The notes under the pieces: generated by a model
Database searches by the model: none
Seen by the model: only the letters and a program-made list of their open reading frames with translations
What the model was told of the DNA's origin: nothing
From: Actinomycetota bacterium
GTDB lineage: Bacteria > Actinomycetota > Thermoleophilia > Gaiellales > Gaiellaceae
Reading direction: 5' to 3'
Length of the DNA: 40,400 nucleotides
Assembly: GCA_019237315.1 (NCBI GenBank)
Contig: JAFAHG010000192.1
Coordinates: forward strand, 1-40,400
Shown here: one piece after another, positions 15,401 to 23,243 of the stretch
Layout of the letters: each line of letters starts with the position of its first letter
Numbering within the stretch: position 1 is the stretch's first letter
Position numbers and translations under genes: made by a program

Positions 15401-17443
15401 ATGTCGCAGGAGCCCGGGAAGATCCGCAACGTCGCCGTCGTCGGCCACCGCGGGACGGGCAAGACCGCGCTCGTCGAGGCGATGCTCTTCCAGTCCGGGG
15501 CGATCAACCGGCTCGGCACCGTCGAGGCGGGCACCACGACGGGCGACTGGGACGAGGACGAGCACCGGCGTCAGATGTCGCTCGCCGCGTCGCTCTGCCA
15601 CGCCGAGTGGCAGGGCCGGAAGATCAACCTCCTCGACACGCCGGGCGACAGCGGCTTCCAGGCGGACACGATCGCGTCGCTCCACGTCGTCGAGGGTGCG
15701 CTCGTCGTCGTCTCCGGCGTGATGGGCGTCGAGGTGAACACGTCGCGCGTCTGGCAGCGCGCCGAGAAGCTCGGGCTCTCGCGAGTCGTGTTCGTGAACA
15801 TGCTCGACCGCGAGCGCGCTGACTTCCACCGCGTGCTCGGCGCGCTGCAGGAGCAGCTGTCGAGTCGCTGCGTCGCGATCCAGCTGCCGATCGGCGCCGA
15901 GCACGAGCTCACGGGAATCGTCGACCTGCTCCACAACTGCGCGTACATGGAACCCGCGGGCGCACGCGAAGGCGACCCCGTCCCGATCCCCGCGGAGATG
16001 CAGGCGACCGCCGCGGAGTACCGCGAGAAGCTCCTCGACGCCGTCGTCGAGACCGACGAGGCGCTGATGGAGCGCTACCTCGCGGGCGAGGAGCTCGACC
16101 CGCACGACGTCGCCGCGGCGCTCAAGACCGCCGTCACGAACGACGAGCTCTACCCGGTCTCCTGCGGCGTCGCGACGAAGAACCTCGGGACGCACTCGCT
16201 GCTCGACCTGCTCGTCGAAGGCGTGCCGTCGCCCGCGCGCAAGCCCTCGCCGTTCGCGGGCGAGGGTATCGAGGCGTTCGTGTTCAAGACCGTCGCCGAC
16301 CCGTTCGCAGGCCGCATCTCCTGCTTCCGTGTCTTCTCGGGGACGGTGACGCCGGACTCGAACCTCGTGAACGCGCGCGACCACTCGAAGGAGCGCGTCG
16401 GCGCGCTGATGATGCTCCAGGGGAAGGAGCACGAGAAGTCGGACGGCTTCGGCCCGGGGGACATCGGCGCCGTCGCGAAGCTCAAGGACGTGCAGACCGG
16501 CGACGTGCTCGTCGACGCCGAACGCAACCTCGACGTCCCGCACCTCGACTTCCCCGAGCCGGTGATGAGCTTCGCCGTCACGCCGAAGACGAAGGGCGAC
16601 GAGGACAAAGTCGCGCAGGCGCTCCGCCGTCTCCACGAGGAGGACCCGACGCTGCAGCTCCACCGCGACGCGCAGACCGGCGAGCAGCTGCTCTCCGGGA
16701 TGAGCCAGGTTCACGTCGAGGTCGCCGTCGCGCGGCTGAAGAGCCGCTTCGGCGTCGACGTCGAGCTGCACCAGCCGCGCGTGCCGTACGTGGAGACGAT
16801 CAAGTCCGGCGCGCGCGCGCAGGGGCGGTACAAGAAGCAGACGGGCGGCCGCGGCCAGTTCGGCGACTGCATCATCGAGATCGAGCCGCTCGACGGCCAC
16901 GTCGGTTACGAGTTCGTCGACAAGATCGTCGGCGGCGTCATCCCGCAGGGCTTCCGGCCGGCCGTCGACAAGGGGATCCAGGAGGCGATGGCCCGCGGCG
17001 ACCTCGCGGGCGCGCCGGTGCAGGGCGTGCGCGTGCACCTGGTCGACGGCTCGTACCACACGGTGGACTCGTCCGAGATGGCGTTCAAGGTCGCCGGCTC
17101 GATGGCGTTCAAGTCCGCGTACGAGAAGGCGCAGCCCGTCCTCCTCGAGCCGATCATGCAGCTCGACGTGACCGTGCCCGACGACGCCGTCGGCGGCGTG
17201 AACGGCGACCTCAACTCGCGGCGCGGCCGCCTGCTCGGCATGGAGCCGGCCGGCGGCATGACGACGATCCGCGCCGAGGTGCCGATGGCCGAGGTGCTGA
17301 CCTACTCGCAGTCGCTGACGTCGCTCACTGGCGGAAGGGGCGACTACCACATGTCGTTCCTGCGCTACGAAGAGGTTCCGGCGCACATCGCACAGAAGCT
17401 GATCGACGCCGCGAAGAAGGAAAAAGAGGCCGTCCCGGCCTGA
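15401..17443 (+). CDS. elongation factor G paralogue (EF-G2/FusA2-like)
   Basis: GAGGAGG Shine-Dalgarno. G1 is VGHRGTGKT and G3 is DTPGDSGF, followed by NMLD. Full EF-G domain order through the C-terminal LEPIMQLDVTVPDD...GDLNSRRGRLLGME...AEVPMAEVLTYSQSLTSLTGGRG. Confidence 0.85.
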   Translation: MSQEPGKIRNVAVVGHRGTGKTALVEAMLFQSGAINRLGTVEAGTTTGDWDEDEHRRQMSLAASLCHAEWQGRKINLLDTPGDSGFQADTIASLHVVEGALVVVSGVMGVEVNTSRVWQRAEKLGLSRVVFVNMLDRERADFHRVLGALQEQLSSRCVAIQLPIGAEHELTGIVDLLHNCAYMEPAGAREGDPVPIPAEMQATAAEYREKLLDAVVETDEALMERYLAGEELDPHDVAAALKTAVTNDELYPVSCGVATKNLGTHSLLDLLVEGVPSPARKPSPFAGEGIEAFVFKTVADPFAGRISCFRVFSGTVTPDSNLVNARDHSKERVGALMMLQGKEHEKSDGFGPGDIGAVAKLKDVQTGDVLVDAERNLDVPHLDFPEPVMSFAVTPKTKGDEDKVAQALRRLHEEDPTLQLHRDAQTGEQLLSGMSQVHVEVAVARLKSRFGVDVELHQPRVPYVETIKSGARAQGRYKKQTGGRGQFGDCIIEIEPLDGHVGYEFVDKIVGGVIPQGFRPAVDKGIQEAMARGDLAGAPVQGVRVHLVDGSYHTVDSSEMAFKVAGSMAFKSAYEKAQPVLLEPIMQLDVTVPDDAVGGVNGDLNSRRGRLLGMEPAGGMTTIRAEVPMAEVLTYSQSLTSLTGGRGDYHMSFLRYEEVPAHIAQKLIDAAKKEKEAVPA

Positions 17444-17453
17444 CCCCGACCGC

Positions 17454-17459
17454 TACGCT
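17454..17459 (+). promoter_or_regulatory. -10-like hexamer TACGCT, 6 nt upstream of ATG 17466
   Basis: TANNNT-N6-ATG with no Shine-Dalgarno. Confidence 0.4.
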
Positions 17460-17465
17460 CGCGGG

Positions 17466-18080
17466 ATGCGCGTCACGCGGTCGAGCACCGAGCGCCGCTG
17501 CGCGATCTGCGAGCGAACGCTCCTCATGGGGGAGCGCACGTTCCGGTTCGCGCCGAACGGAAACGGCCAGTTCGTCGACGTCTGCCCGCTCTGCCAGGAA
17601 ATCGCCGTCGAGTCCGGCTGGCTGAAGGAAGGCTCGCCGACGACGCTCACGGTCGCGCAGCCCAGGAAGCGCCGCCGGCTCTCGCTCGCGTCGATCCTCG
17701 GCCTGCAGCCGCGCGGCACCGAGCAGCCGGTCGCGAGCGAGCCGATCCTCCGTCGGCTCTCCGAGCCCGAGCTCGCAATGGTTGCCGCCGCCGACTACTT
17801 CAACGGGTCGCAGTACCGCCGGACGGTCGGCGGGATCGCGAAGAGCCTCGGGCTCCCGAACGTCTCGGTCGTTCCGCTCTCGGGGGTGAACGCCGACGTC
17901 GTCGTCACGGTCGCGTGGGAGCTCTCGTGGTACCAGTACCGGATCACCCCGGAATCGACGCAGCCTGTGCGGCTCGCCGGCCGCGGCCACGAGGTCGACG
18001 AGCTCGAGGGCTCCTTCACCGAGTGGAACGCCCACATGGAGGGCGACGGGCGGATCGTTCCCGACATAGCCCGGTTGTAG
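17466..18080 (+). CDS. hypothetical protein with N-terminal CxxC...CxxC zinc-ribbon
   Basis: RRCAICERTLL...VDVCPLCQEIA is followed by a basic linker (PRKRRRLS) and a globular C-terminal domain. No family recognised. Confidence 0.6.
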   Translation: MRVTRSSTERRCAICERTLLMGERTFRFAPNGNGQFVDVCPLCQEIAVESGWLKEGSPTTLTVAQPRKRRRLSLASILGLQPRGTEQPVASEPILRRLSEPELAMVAAADYFNGSQYRRTVGGIAKSLGLPNVSVVPLSGVNADVVVTVAWELSWYQYRITPESTQPVRLAGRGHEVDELEGSFTEWNAHMEGDGRIVPDIARL

Positions 18081-18089
18081 GCTGCCGCG

Positions 18090-18314
18090 ATGATCTACTG
18101 CGTCGTCCCGCCCGAGCTCGAAGAGGAGCTGTACGCGAAGCTCGTCGAGTACTACAAGGACAACCCGAACGTCGAAGTGATCATCGACCGGCGCGCGGGG
18201 GCCGACCGGCGGCAGGGGAAGCCCGACCCCGAATTCGTCGAGAAGCGGCAGACGCGCGACCGGCGCCGCGCCCGCATCCCGGGGACGTTCCCCGACACCG
18301 ACCTCTCTGAGTAA
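18090..18314 (+). CDS. small hypothetical protein (74 aa) with structured N-terminus and Arg-rich tail
   Basis: MIYCVVPPELEEELYAKLVEYYKDNPNVEVIIDRRAGADRRQGKPDPEFVEKRQTRDRRRARIPG. Tightly packed between neighbours, with a 9-nt gap upstream and a 3-nt gap downstream. Confidence 0.5.
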   Translation: MIYCVVPPELEEELYAKLVEYYKDNPNVEVIIDRRAGADRRQGKPDPEFVEKRQTRDRRRARIPGTFPDTDLSE

Positions 18315-18317
18315 TCG

Positions 18318-19760
18318 TTGGCGAGTGCGACGTTCGAGTCGGTCGCGCCGGCGACCGGCGAGGTGCTCGGCACGTTCCCGCGCGGCGACGCCGCCGACGT
18401 CGACCGCGCCGTCGCGACGGCCCGCGAGGCGTTCGAAGACTGGCGTCTCGTTCCCGCACCGGAGCGCGGGAACATGCTCTTCCGCTTCGCCGAGCTCCTG
18501 CGCGCGCACAAGGACGAGCTCACCGACCTGATGACCCGCGAGATGGGGAAGGTCAAGGCCGAGGCCGGCGGCGACGTCCAGGAAGCGATCGACATGAGCT
18601 TCTACATGGGCGGTGAGGGCCGCCGCCTGTTCGGCCACACGACGCCGAGCGAGCTCCGCGACAAGTTCATGATGAGCGTGCGGATGCCGGTCGGCGTCGT
18701 CGGCGCGATCACGCCGTGGAACTTCCCGATCGCGATCCCGGCGTGGAAGCTCTGCCCCGCGCTCGTTTGCGGCAACACCGTCGTGCTCAAGCCGGCGGAG
18801 GACACGCCGCTTCTCGCCGCGCGCTTCGTCGATCTGCTGCACCAAGCCGGAGTTCCCGAGGGCGTCGTGCAGGTCGTCAACGGGTTCGGTGAGGAAGCGG
18901 GTGAGGCGCTCGTGCGTCACCCCGACGTGCCGGTGATCACGTTCACGGGATCGCGCGAGACGGGCATCGCAGTCACGAAGGCCGCCGCCGACCATCTGAA
19001 GCACGTGCACCTCGAGCTCGGCGGCAAGAACGCGATCATCGTGATGGACGACGCCGACCTCGAGCTCGCCGTCGAGGGAATCGTGTGGTCGGCGTTCGGC
19101 ACGAGCGGCCAGCGCTGCACGGCCGCGTCGCGCGTGATCGTGCACGAGGCCGTGTACGGCGAGCTGCAGTCGAAGCTCGTCGCCGCGGCGGAGCGACTGC
19201 GCCTCGGCCCCGGATGGGACGACGAGACTGACGTCGGGCCGCTGATCAACCGTGCGGCGCTCGACAAGGTGCACTCCTACACGCGCGTCGGTCTCGATGA
19301 GGGGGCGAAGCTGCTCACGGGCGGCGAGCCGGTCGAGGGCGCCGGGTTCTTCTACCGCCCGACCGTGTTCGCCGACGTCTCGCCGCGCATGCGCATCGCG
19401 CAGGAGGAGATCTTCGGACCGACGACGGCGCTGATCCCCGTGCGGTCGTTCGAGGAGGCGGTCGCGGCCGCGAACTCCGTCGAGTACGGCCTCTCGTCGT
19501 CGATCTTCACCCGCGACGTGAACCGTGCGTTCCGTGCGATGCGCGACCTGCAGGCCGGCATCACCTACGTCAACGCCGGAACGACCGGGGCAGAGGTGCA
19601 TCTCCCGTTCGGCGGCGTGAAGGCGACCGGCAACGGCCACCGCGAGGCGGGTCAGGCCGCGCTCGACGTCTTCACCGAGTGGAAGTCCATCTACGTCGAC
19701 TACTCCGGGAAGCTCCAGCGCGCGCAGATCGACAACGCCGAGCGTCCCGCCCCGCGCTGA
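18318..19760 (+). CDS. NAD(P)-dependent aldehyde dehydrogenase
   Basis: TTG start. Motifs are [30 protein letters not shown] and the catalytic Cys in GQRCTAASR. Confidence 0.9.
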   Translation: MASATFESVAPATGEVLGTFPRGDAADVDRAVATAREAFEDWRLVPAPERGNMLFRFAELLRAHKDELTDLMTREMGKVKAEAGGDVQEAIDMSFYMGGEGRRLFGHTTPSELRDKFMMSVRMPVGVVGAITPWNFPIAIPAWKLCPALVCGNTVVLKPAEDTPLLAARFVDLLHQAGVPEGVVQVVNGFGEEAGEALVRHPDVPVITFTGSRETGIAVTKAAADHLKHVHLELGGKNAIIVMDDADLELAVEGIVWSAFGTSGQRCTAASRVIVHEAVYGELQSKLVAAAERLRLGPGWDDETDVGPLINRAALDKVHSYTRVGLDEGAKLLTGGEPVEGAGFFYRPTVFADVSPRMRIAQEEIFGPTTALIPVRSFEEAVAAANSVEYGLSSSIFTRDVNRAFRAMRDLQAGITYVNAGTTGAEVHLPFGGVKATGNGHREAGQAALDVFTEWKSIYVDYSGKLQRAQIDNAERPAPR

Positions 19761-19765
19761 CCATT

Positions 19766-19818
19766 CCGGACATGTCCGGGGTCAGACCCCGGACATGTCT
19801 CTTGGAGACATGTCTAGG
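19766..19818. repeat. compound palindromic intergenic repeat (31-nt perfect palindrome plus a third GACATGTC unit)
   Basis: ccGGACATGTCCGGGGTCAGACCCCGGACATGTCtcttggaGACATGTCtagg. The palindrome spans 19769-19799 and is centred on A19784. Confidence 0.8.
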
Positions 19819-19820
19819 CT
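19815..19820 (+). promoter_or_regulatory. -10-like hexamer TAGGCT, 7 nt upstream of GTG 19828, embedded at the edge of the repeat element
   Basis: TANNNT-N7-GTG. Confidence 0.35.
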
Positions 19821-19827
19821 CAGGGGC

Positions 19828-20136
19828 GTGAACCGGAAGCTCGTTGTCTTCGTTCCTCCTGACGCCGTCGACGCGGTGCGAGACGCCGTCTTCGCGGCGG
19901 GGGCCGGCCGGATCGGCGCGTACGAGCGCTGCTCCTGGTACGCGGAGGGAACGGGCACGTTCCTCGGTCGCGAGGGCGCGAATCCGGTGGTGGGCGAGCG
20001 GGGGGTGGAGGAGCGCGTGCCCGAGCTCCGGCTCGAGACGGTGTTCCCGGAGGAACGCCAGGACGACGTCGTCGCCGCGCTCCGCCGAGCGCACCCGTAC
20101 GAGGAACCGGCGTTCGACGTCTACCCGCTTCTGTGA
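19828..20136 (+). CDS. stand-alone Nif3/YqfO insert-domain-like protein
   Basis: KLVVFVPPDAVDAVRDAVFAAGAGRIGAYERCSWYAEGTGTFLGREGANPVVGERGVEERVPELRLETVFPEE...HPYEEPAFDVYPL resembles the ferredoxin-like domain inserted in long Nif3-family proteins. GTG 19828 is preferred over ATG 19795 or 19810, which lie inside the repeat. Confidence 0.6.
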   Translation: MNRKLVVFVPPDAVDAVRDAVFAAGAGRIGAYERCSWYAEGTGTFLGREGANPVVGERGVEERVPELRLETVFPEERQDDVVAALRRAHPYEEPAFDVYPLL

Positions 20137-20528
20137 GAGCCACGCTCTACACCGACGGCGGCGCCCGCGGCAACCCCGGCCCGGCGGCGTTCGCGTACGT
20201 CCTCGAGGCGGCCGACGGCACCGTGCTCGCCTCGCACGGCGAGAAGATCGGCGTCGCGACGAACAACGTCGCGGAGTACCGCGGCCTCGTCGCGGGGCTC
20301 GAGCGGGCGGTCGAGCTCGGGGTGCCCGAGGTCGACGTCGTCTCCGACTCCGAGCTCCTCGTCAAGCAGATGCGCGGCGAGTACCGGGTCAAGAACGAGG
20401 CGCTGGTCGACCTCTCCCTACAGGCGTCGCGCCTCGCACGCAAGCTGACGCGCGTGACCTACCGGCACGTCCGCCGCGCGCACAACGAGCTGGCCGACCG
20501 GCTCGTGAATGAAGCTCTGGACGCATGA
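20133..20528 (+). CDS. rnhA: ribonuclease HI
   Basis: GTGA overlap with the upstream gene. The DEDD residues sit in LYTDGGARGNPGPAA, TNNVAEYRGL, VVSDSELLVKQM and RAHNELADRLVNEA. Confidence 0.85.
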   Translation: MRATLYTDGGARGNPGPAAFAYVLEAADGTVLASHGEKIGVATNNVAEYRGLVAGLERAVELGVPEVDVVSDSELLVKQMRGEYRVKNEALVDLSLQASRLARKLTRVTYRHVRRAHNELADRLVNEALDA

Positions 20529-22465
20529 TCGTCGTCCTGCCGCTGCTCACGATCGCGGTCGCCGCGTTCGCGGCAACGAGCCTGCGCTTCGACTTCGTCG
20601 CCACGCTCGTCGCGGGGTACGTCGCGCTCGTGGCGAACGTCGGCGTCGTCACGTGGGTGCTGTCGCCCTTCGACGCGGTCACGCGCCTCGGACTGCTCGT
20701 CGCGGAACTCGTTCTGCTCGTCGCCGCGACCGCGGTGTGGCACGCGCGTGGGCGACCCCGTCCGCGCCTGCCGTCGCTGCGCCCGTTCGGCGACCCGCTG
20801 ACGCTCGTCTTCCTCGCGGGGCTCGCCGTGATCCTCGGCTACGAGCTGATGCTCGCGCTCGAAGTGCCGCCGAACAACTGGGACTCGCTCGCCTACCACC
20901 TCACGCGGGCGGCCGAGTGGAAGCAGCGTCACGGTATCCACTGGATCCCGAACGCTCCGAGCGGCCGCGACAACGAGTTCCAGCCGCTCGCCGAGCAGCA
21001 GATCCTCTACCTCTTCGTCGCGGCGGGCAGCGGCGCGCTCTTCGCGCTGCCGCAGTTCGTCGCGGAGCTCGCGATCCTCGTCGCGGTCTACGGTGCGTCG
21101 CGCCGCCTCGGCTTCGAGCGTGCGGCGGCAGCGCGCGGCGTCGCGGTGCTCGCGACCTTCAGCGCCGTCGCGCTGCAGTCGACGACCGCACAGAACGACC
21201 TCGTCGCAGCCGCGTTTCCGGCGTGCGCCGCATGTCTCCTCCTCGGCGGGGAGGGGATCGTCGCCGGCATCGCGCTCGGGATGGCCGTGGGCGCGAAGCT
21301 GACGACGGTCCTCGCATGGCCGGTGCTCGCCGCGCTCGCGCTTCTCGCCGGCCGTCGCGTGGCGACGCGTGCCGCGATCGGAACAACCGTCGGCTTCGTC
21401 GCGGTCGGGTTGTGGAGCTTCGTGCTCAACCTGATGCACACGGGTCACGTGCTCGGCCACGGGCAGGGGCGCGTAGAGGAATCCGTGTCGCCGTCGCTCG
21501 TCACCGACGTGCACACGTTCCTGCGGATCGTGTACCGGTTCCTCGACGTCGGTCTCCTGTCCGATCCGCAGATCTGGGGCCTCGCGGCGGCGGGCGCGGT
21601 CGTCGCCGTCGCCATGCTCGCTCGTCGCCGCTTCCCCGACCCGGCGGTGCCGCTCGAAACGCCGCTCGCGATTCTCGGCATCGCACCTGCACTCGCCTGG
21701 ATCGCGACGGAGATCCACCTCCCCGTGCACGATCCGATCTACGGCTTCGACATCAACCGCGGCGCGAACGAAGACTTCTCGGCGCTCGGTGCGATCGGCG
21801 CGCTCGGGGTGTTCGGCGCACCGTTCCTGGCACGGGACCGGGACCGCCGAGCGCGCGTCCTCGCCCTTTCGTTCCCGACCTATCTGCTGTTGCTCGGCCT
21901 GTACGCGAAGTACAACATCTGGCTGACGCGGTTCATGCTCGTGCCGGTCGTCCTCGCAGCGCCGCTGAACGCGCTGCTCGTGCGGCGCCGCCTCGTCGCA
22001 CTCGCGGTGCTCGCCGTCGCGGGGTGGACGGGCTTCTATGCGCTCGAGTACGACGCGTCGAAGCCGCTCTTCGGCGGCGCGGTCGGCAGACCGTGGCAGC
22101 TCGACCAGGCGGGCGCGCTCGCGGAGAGTCCTGCGGAGCCGACGGGACGCATCGCCGCCGCCGGGCTGCGCGCGTACGACCGCGCGGTTCCCGCGAATGC
22201 GTGCGTCGGCGCGGTCCTCGACCCCGACGAGTGGGCGTACCTCCTGTGGGGGCAGCATCTCTCGCGTCGCGTCGTCTTCCTGCCGTCGCTGAAGGCGCTC
22301 GCGACGGCGTACGCCGACAACCTCCGCTACGTCGTCGTCTCGACGGGGATCAACAAGCCTGTGGCCAAGCAGTTCACGCCGCCGAACTGGACGGTGCGGC
22401 CCCTCGGCGCGTACTGGCAGCTCGCCGTCGCGCGCCACGTGCGGCCCGGCGGGTGCTCGGAATAG
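20525..22465 (+). CDS. large polytopic membrane protein, possibly a GT-C-type glycosyltransferase
   Basis: 646 aa with at least 12 hydrophobic segments. There is an early extracytoplasmic loop (PPNNWDSLAYHLTRAAEW) and a C-terminal soluble region. ATGA overlap with rnhA. The family assignment is tentative. Confidence 0.5.
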   Translation: MIVVLPLLTIAVAAFAATSLRFDFVATLVAGYVALVANVGVVTWVLSPFDAVTRLGLLVAELVLLVAATAVWHARGRPRPRLPSLRPFGDPLTLVFLAGLAVILGYELMLALEVPPNNWDSLAYHLTRAAEWKQRHGIHWIPNAPSGRDNEFQPLAEQQILYLFVAAGSGALFALPQFVAELAILVAVYGASRRLGFERAAAARGVAVLATFSAVALQSTTAQNDLVAAAFPACAACLLLGGEGIVAGIALGMAVGAKLTTVLAWPVLAALALLAGRRVATRAAIGTTVGFVAVGLWSFVLNLMHTGHVLGHGQGRVEESVSPSLVTDVHTFLRIVYRFLDVGLLSDPQIWGLAAAGAVVAVAMLARRRFPDPAVPLETPLAILGIAPALAWIATEIHLPVHDPIYGFDINRGANEDFSALGAIGALGVFGAPFLARDRDRRARVLALSFPTYLLLLGLYAKYNIWLTRFMLVPVVLAAPLNALLVRRRLVALAVLAVAGWTGFYALEYDASKPLFGGAVGRPWQLDQAGALAESPAEPTGRIAAAGLRAYDRAVPANACVGAVLDPDEWAYLLWGQHLSRRVVFLPSLKALATAYADNLRYVVVSTGINKPVAKQFTPPNWTVRPLGAYWQLAVARHVRPGGCSE

Positions 22466-22488
22466 CGGCCGCTATACTGGGCGGCCAC

Positions 22489-22562
22489 GCGGGCGTAGCT
22501 CAGTTGGCTAGAGCGTCTCCTTGCCATGGAGAAGGTCGAGAGTTCGAGTCTCTTCGCCCGCT
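22489..22562 (+). tRNA. tRNA-Gly (anticodon GCC)
   Basis: Cloverleaf: GCGGGCG-TA-GCTC-AGTTGGCTA-GAGC-G-TCTCC-TTGCCAT-GGAGA-AGGTC-GAGAG-TTCGAGT-CTCTT-CGCCCGC-T. Confidence 0.9.
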
Positions 22563-22568
22563 TTCGTT

Positions 22569-23243
22569 GTGTCGGCTGATCATCGTCTGCCCCCAGCGCA
22601 GACGCCCGTCTCGATCGTCCGGCACCTGCGTGCGGACGAGCGCGAACTACGGACGGCGAGCGGTGCGCGCTTCGTCGCCGCCGCGCGTGACCGACAGTTC
22701 CAGATCCGCCTTGCGGCGGACGACGCTGCGGCCGTCGAGAAGCTCGACCCCGGCGAGCGCGACGACGTCGCGGCGCGCGGCGACCTGAACAGGCTCGGCG
22801 CCGAGAGCCCGCCGCAGGTCGGTGGCGTCAGCGTCGGTCCCGCGCGGCCCCGGACGACGCTGCTCCGCTACTACGAGGAAGCCCAGCGCCGGTTCGGCAT
22901 CCGCTGGCAGCTTCTCGCCGCGATCAACTTCGTCGAGAGCGACTTCGGGCGCGCGCGCACGACGGCGCGCGCCGACGCACAGGGGCCGATGCAGTTCGAG
23001 CCGGCGACGTGGCGCGCGTACGGCATGGGCGGGGACGTCTACGACGCGCACGACGCGATCCTCGCCGCCGCGAACCTGCTCGCCGCGAACGGCGGCCGCA
23101 CGGACGAGCTCGGCGCGCTCCGCCACTACAACCTGTCGCCGCTCTACTGGCACGCGGTGCTCCATCTCGCACACCGGATGGAGACGGTGCCGTACGCGTT
23201 CCGCGAGTACTACGCGTGGAAGCTGTACCTGCGCGCTACTTGA
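22569..23243 (+). CDS. SLT-domain lytic transglycosylase-like protein without recognisable signal peptide
   Basis: WQLLAAINFVESDFGRARTTARADAQGPMQFEPATWRAYG carries the catalytic Glu in the ES motif. The first possible start after the tRNA is GTG 22569; the track ORF start at 22521 lies inside the tRNA. Confidence 0.6.
   Translation: MSADHRLPPAQTPVSIVRHLRADERELRTASGARFVAAARDRQFQIRLAADDAAAVEKLDPGERDDVAARGDLNRLGAESPPQVGGVSVGPARPRTTLLRYYEEAQRRFGIRWQLLAAINFVESDFGRARTTARADAQGPMQFEPATWRAYGMGGDVYDAHDAILAAANLLAANGGRTDELGALRHYNLSPLYWHAVLHLAHRMETVPYAFREYYAWKLYLRAT

Noticed and set aside
19768-19777. GGACATGTCC is a perfect match to the eukaryotic p53 half-site consensus (RRRCWWGYYY).
   Set aside because: This is a coincidence of a short GC-flanked CATG palindrome and has no biological meaning in a bacterial genome. 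It is better explained as a module of the local REP-like repeat family.
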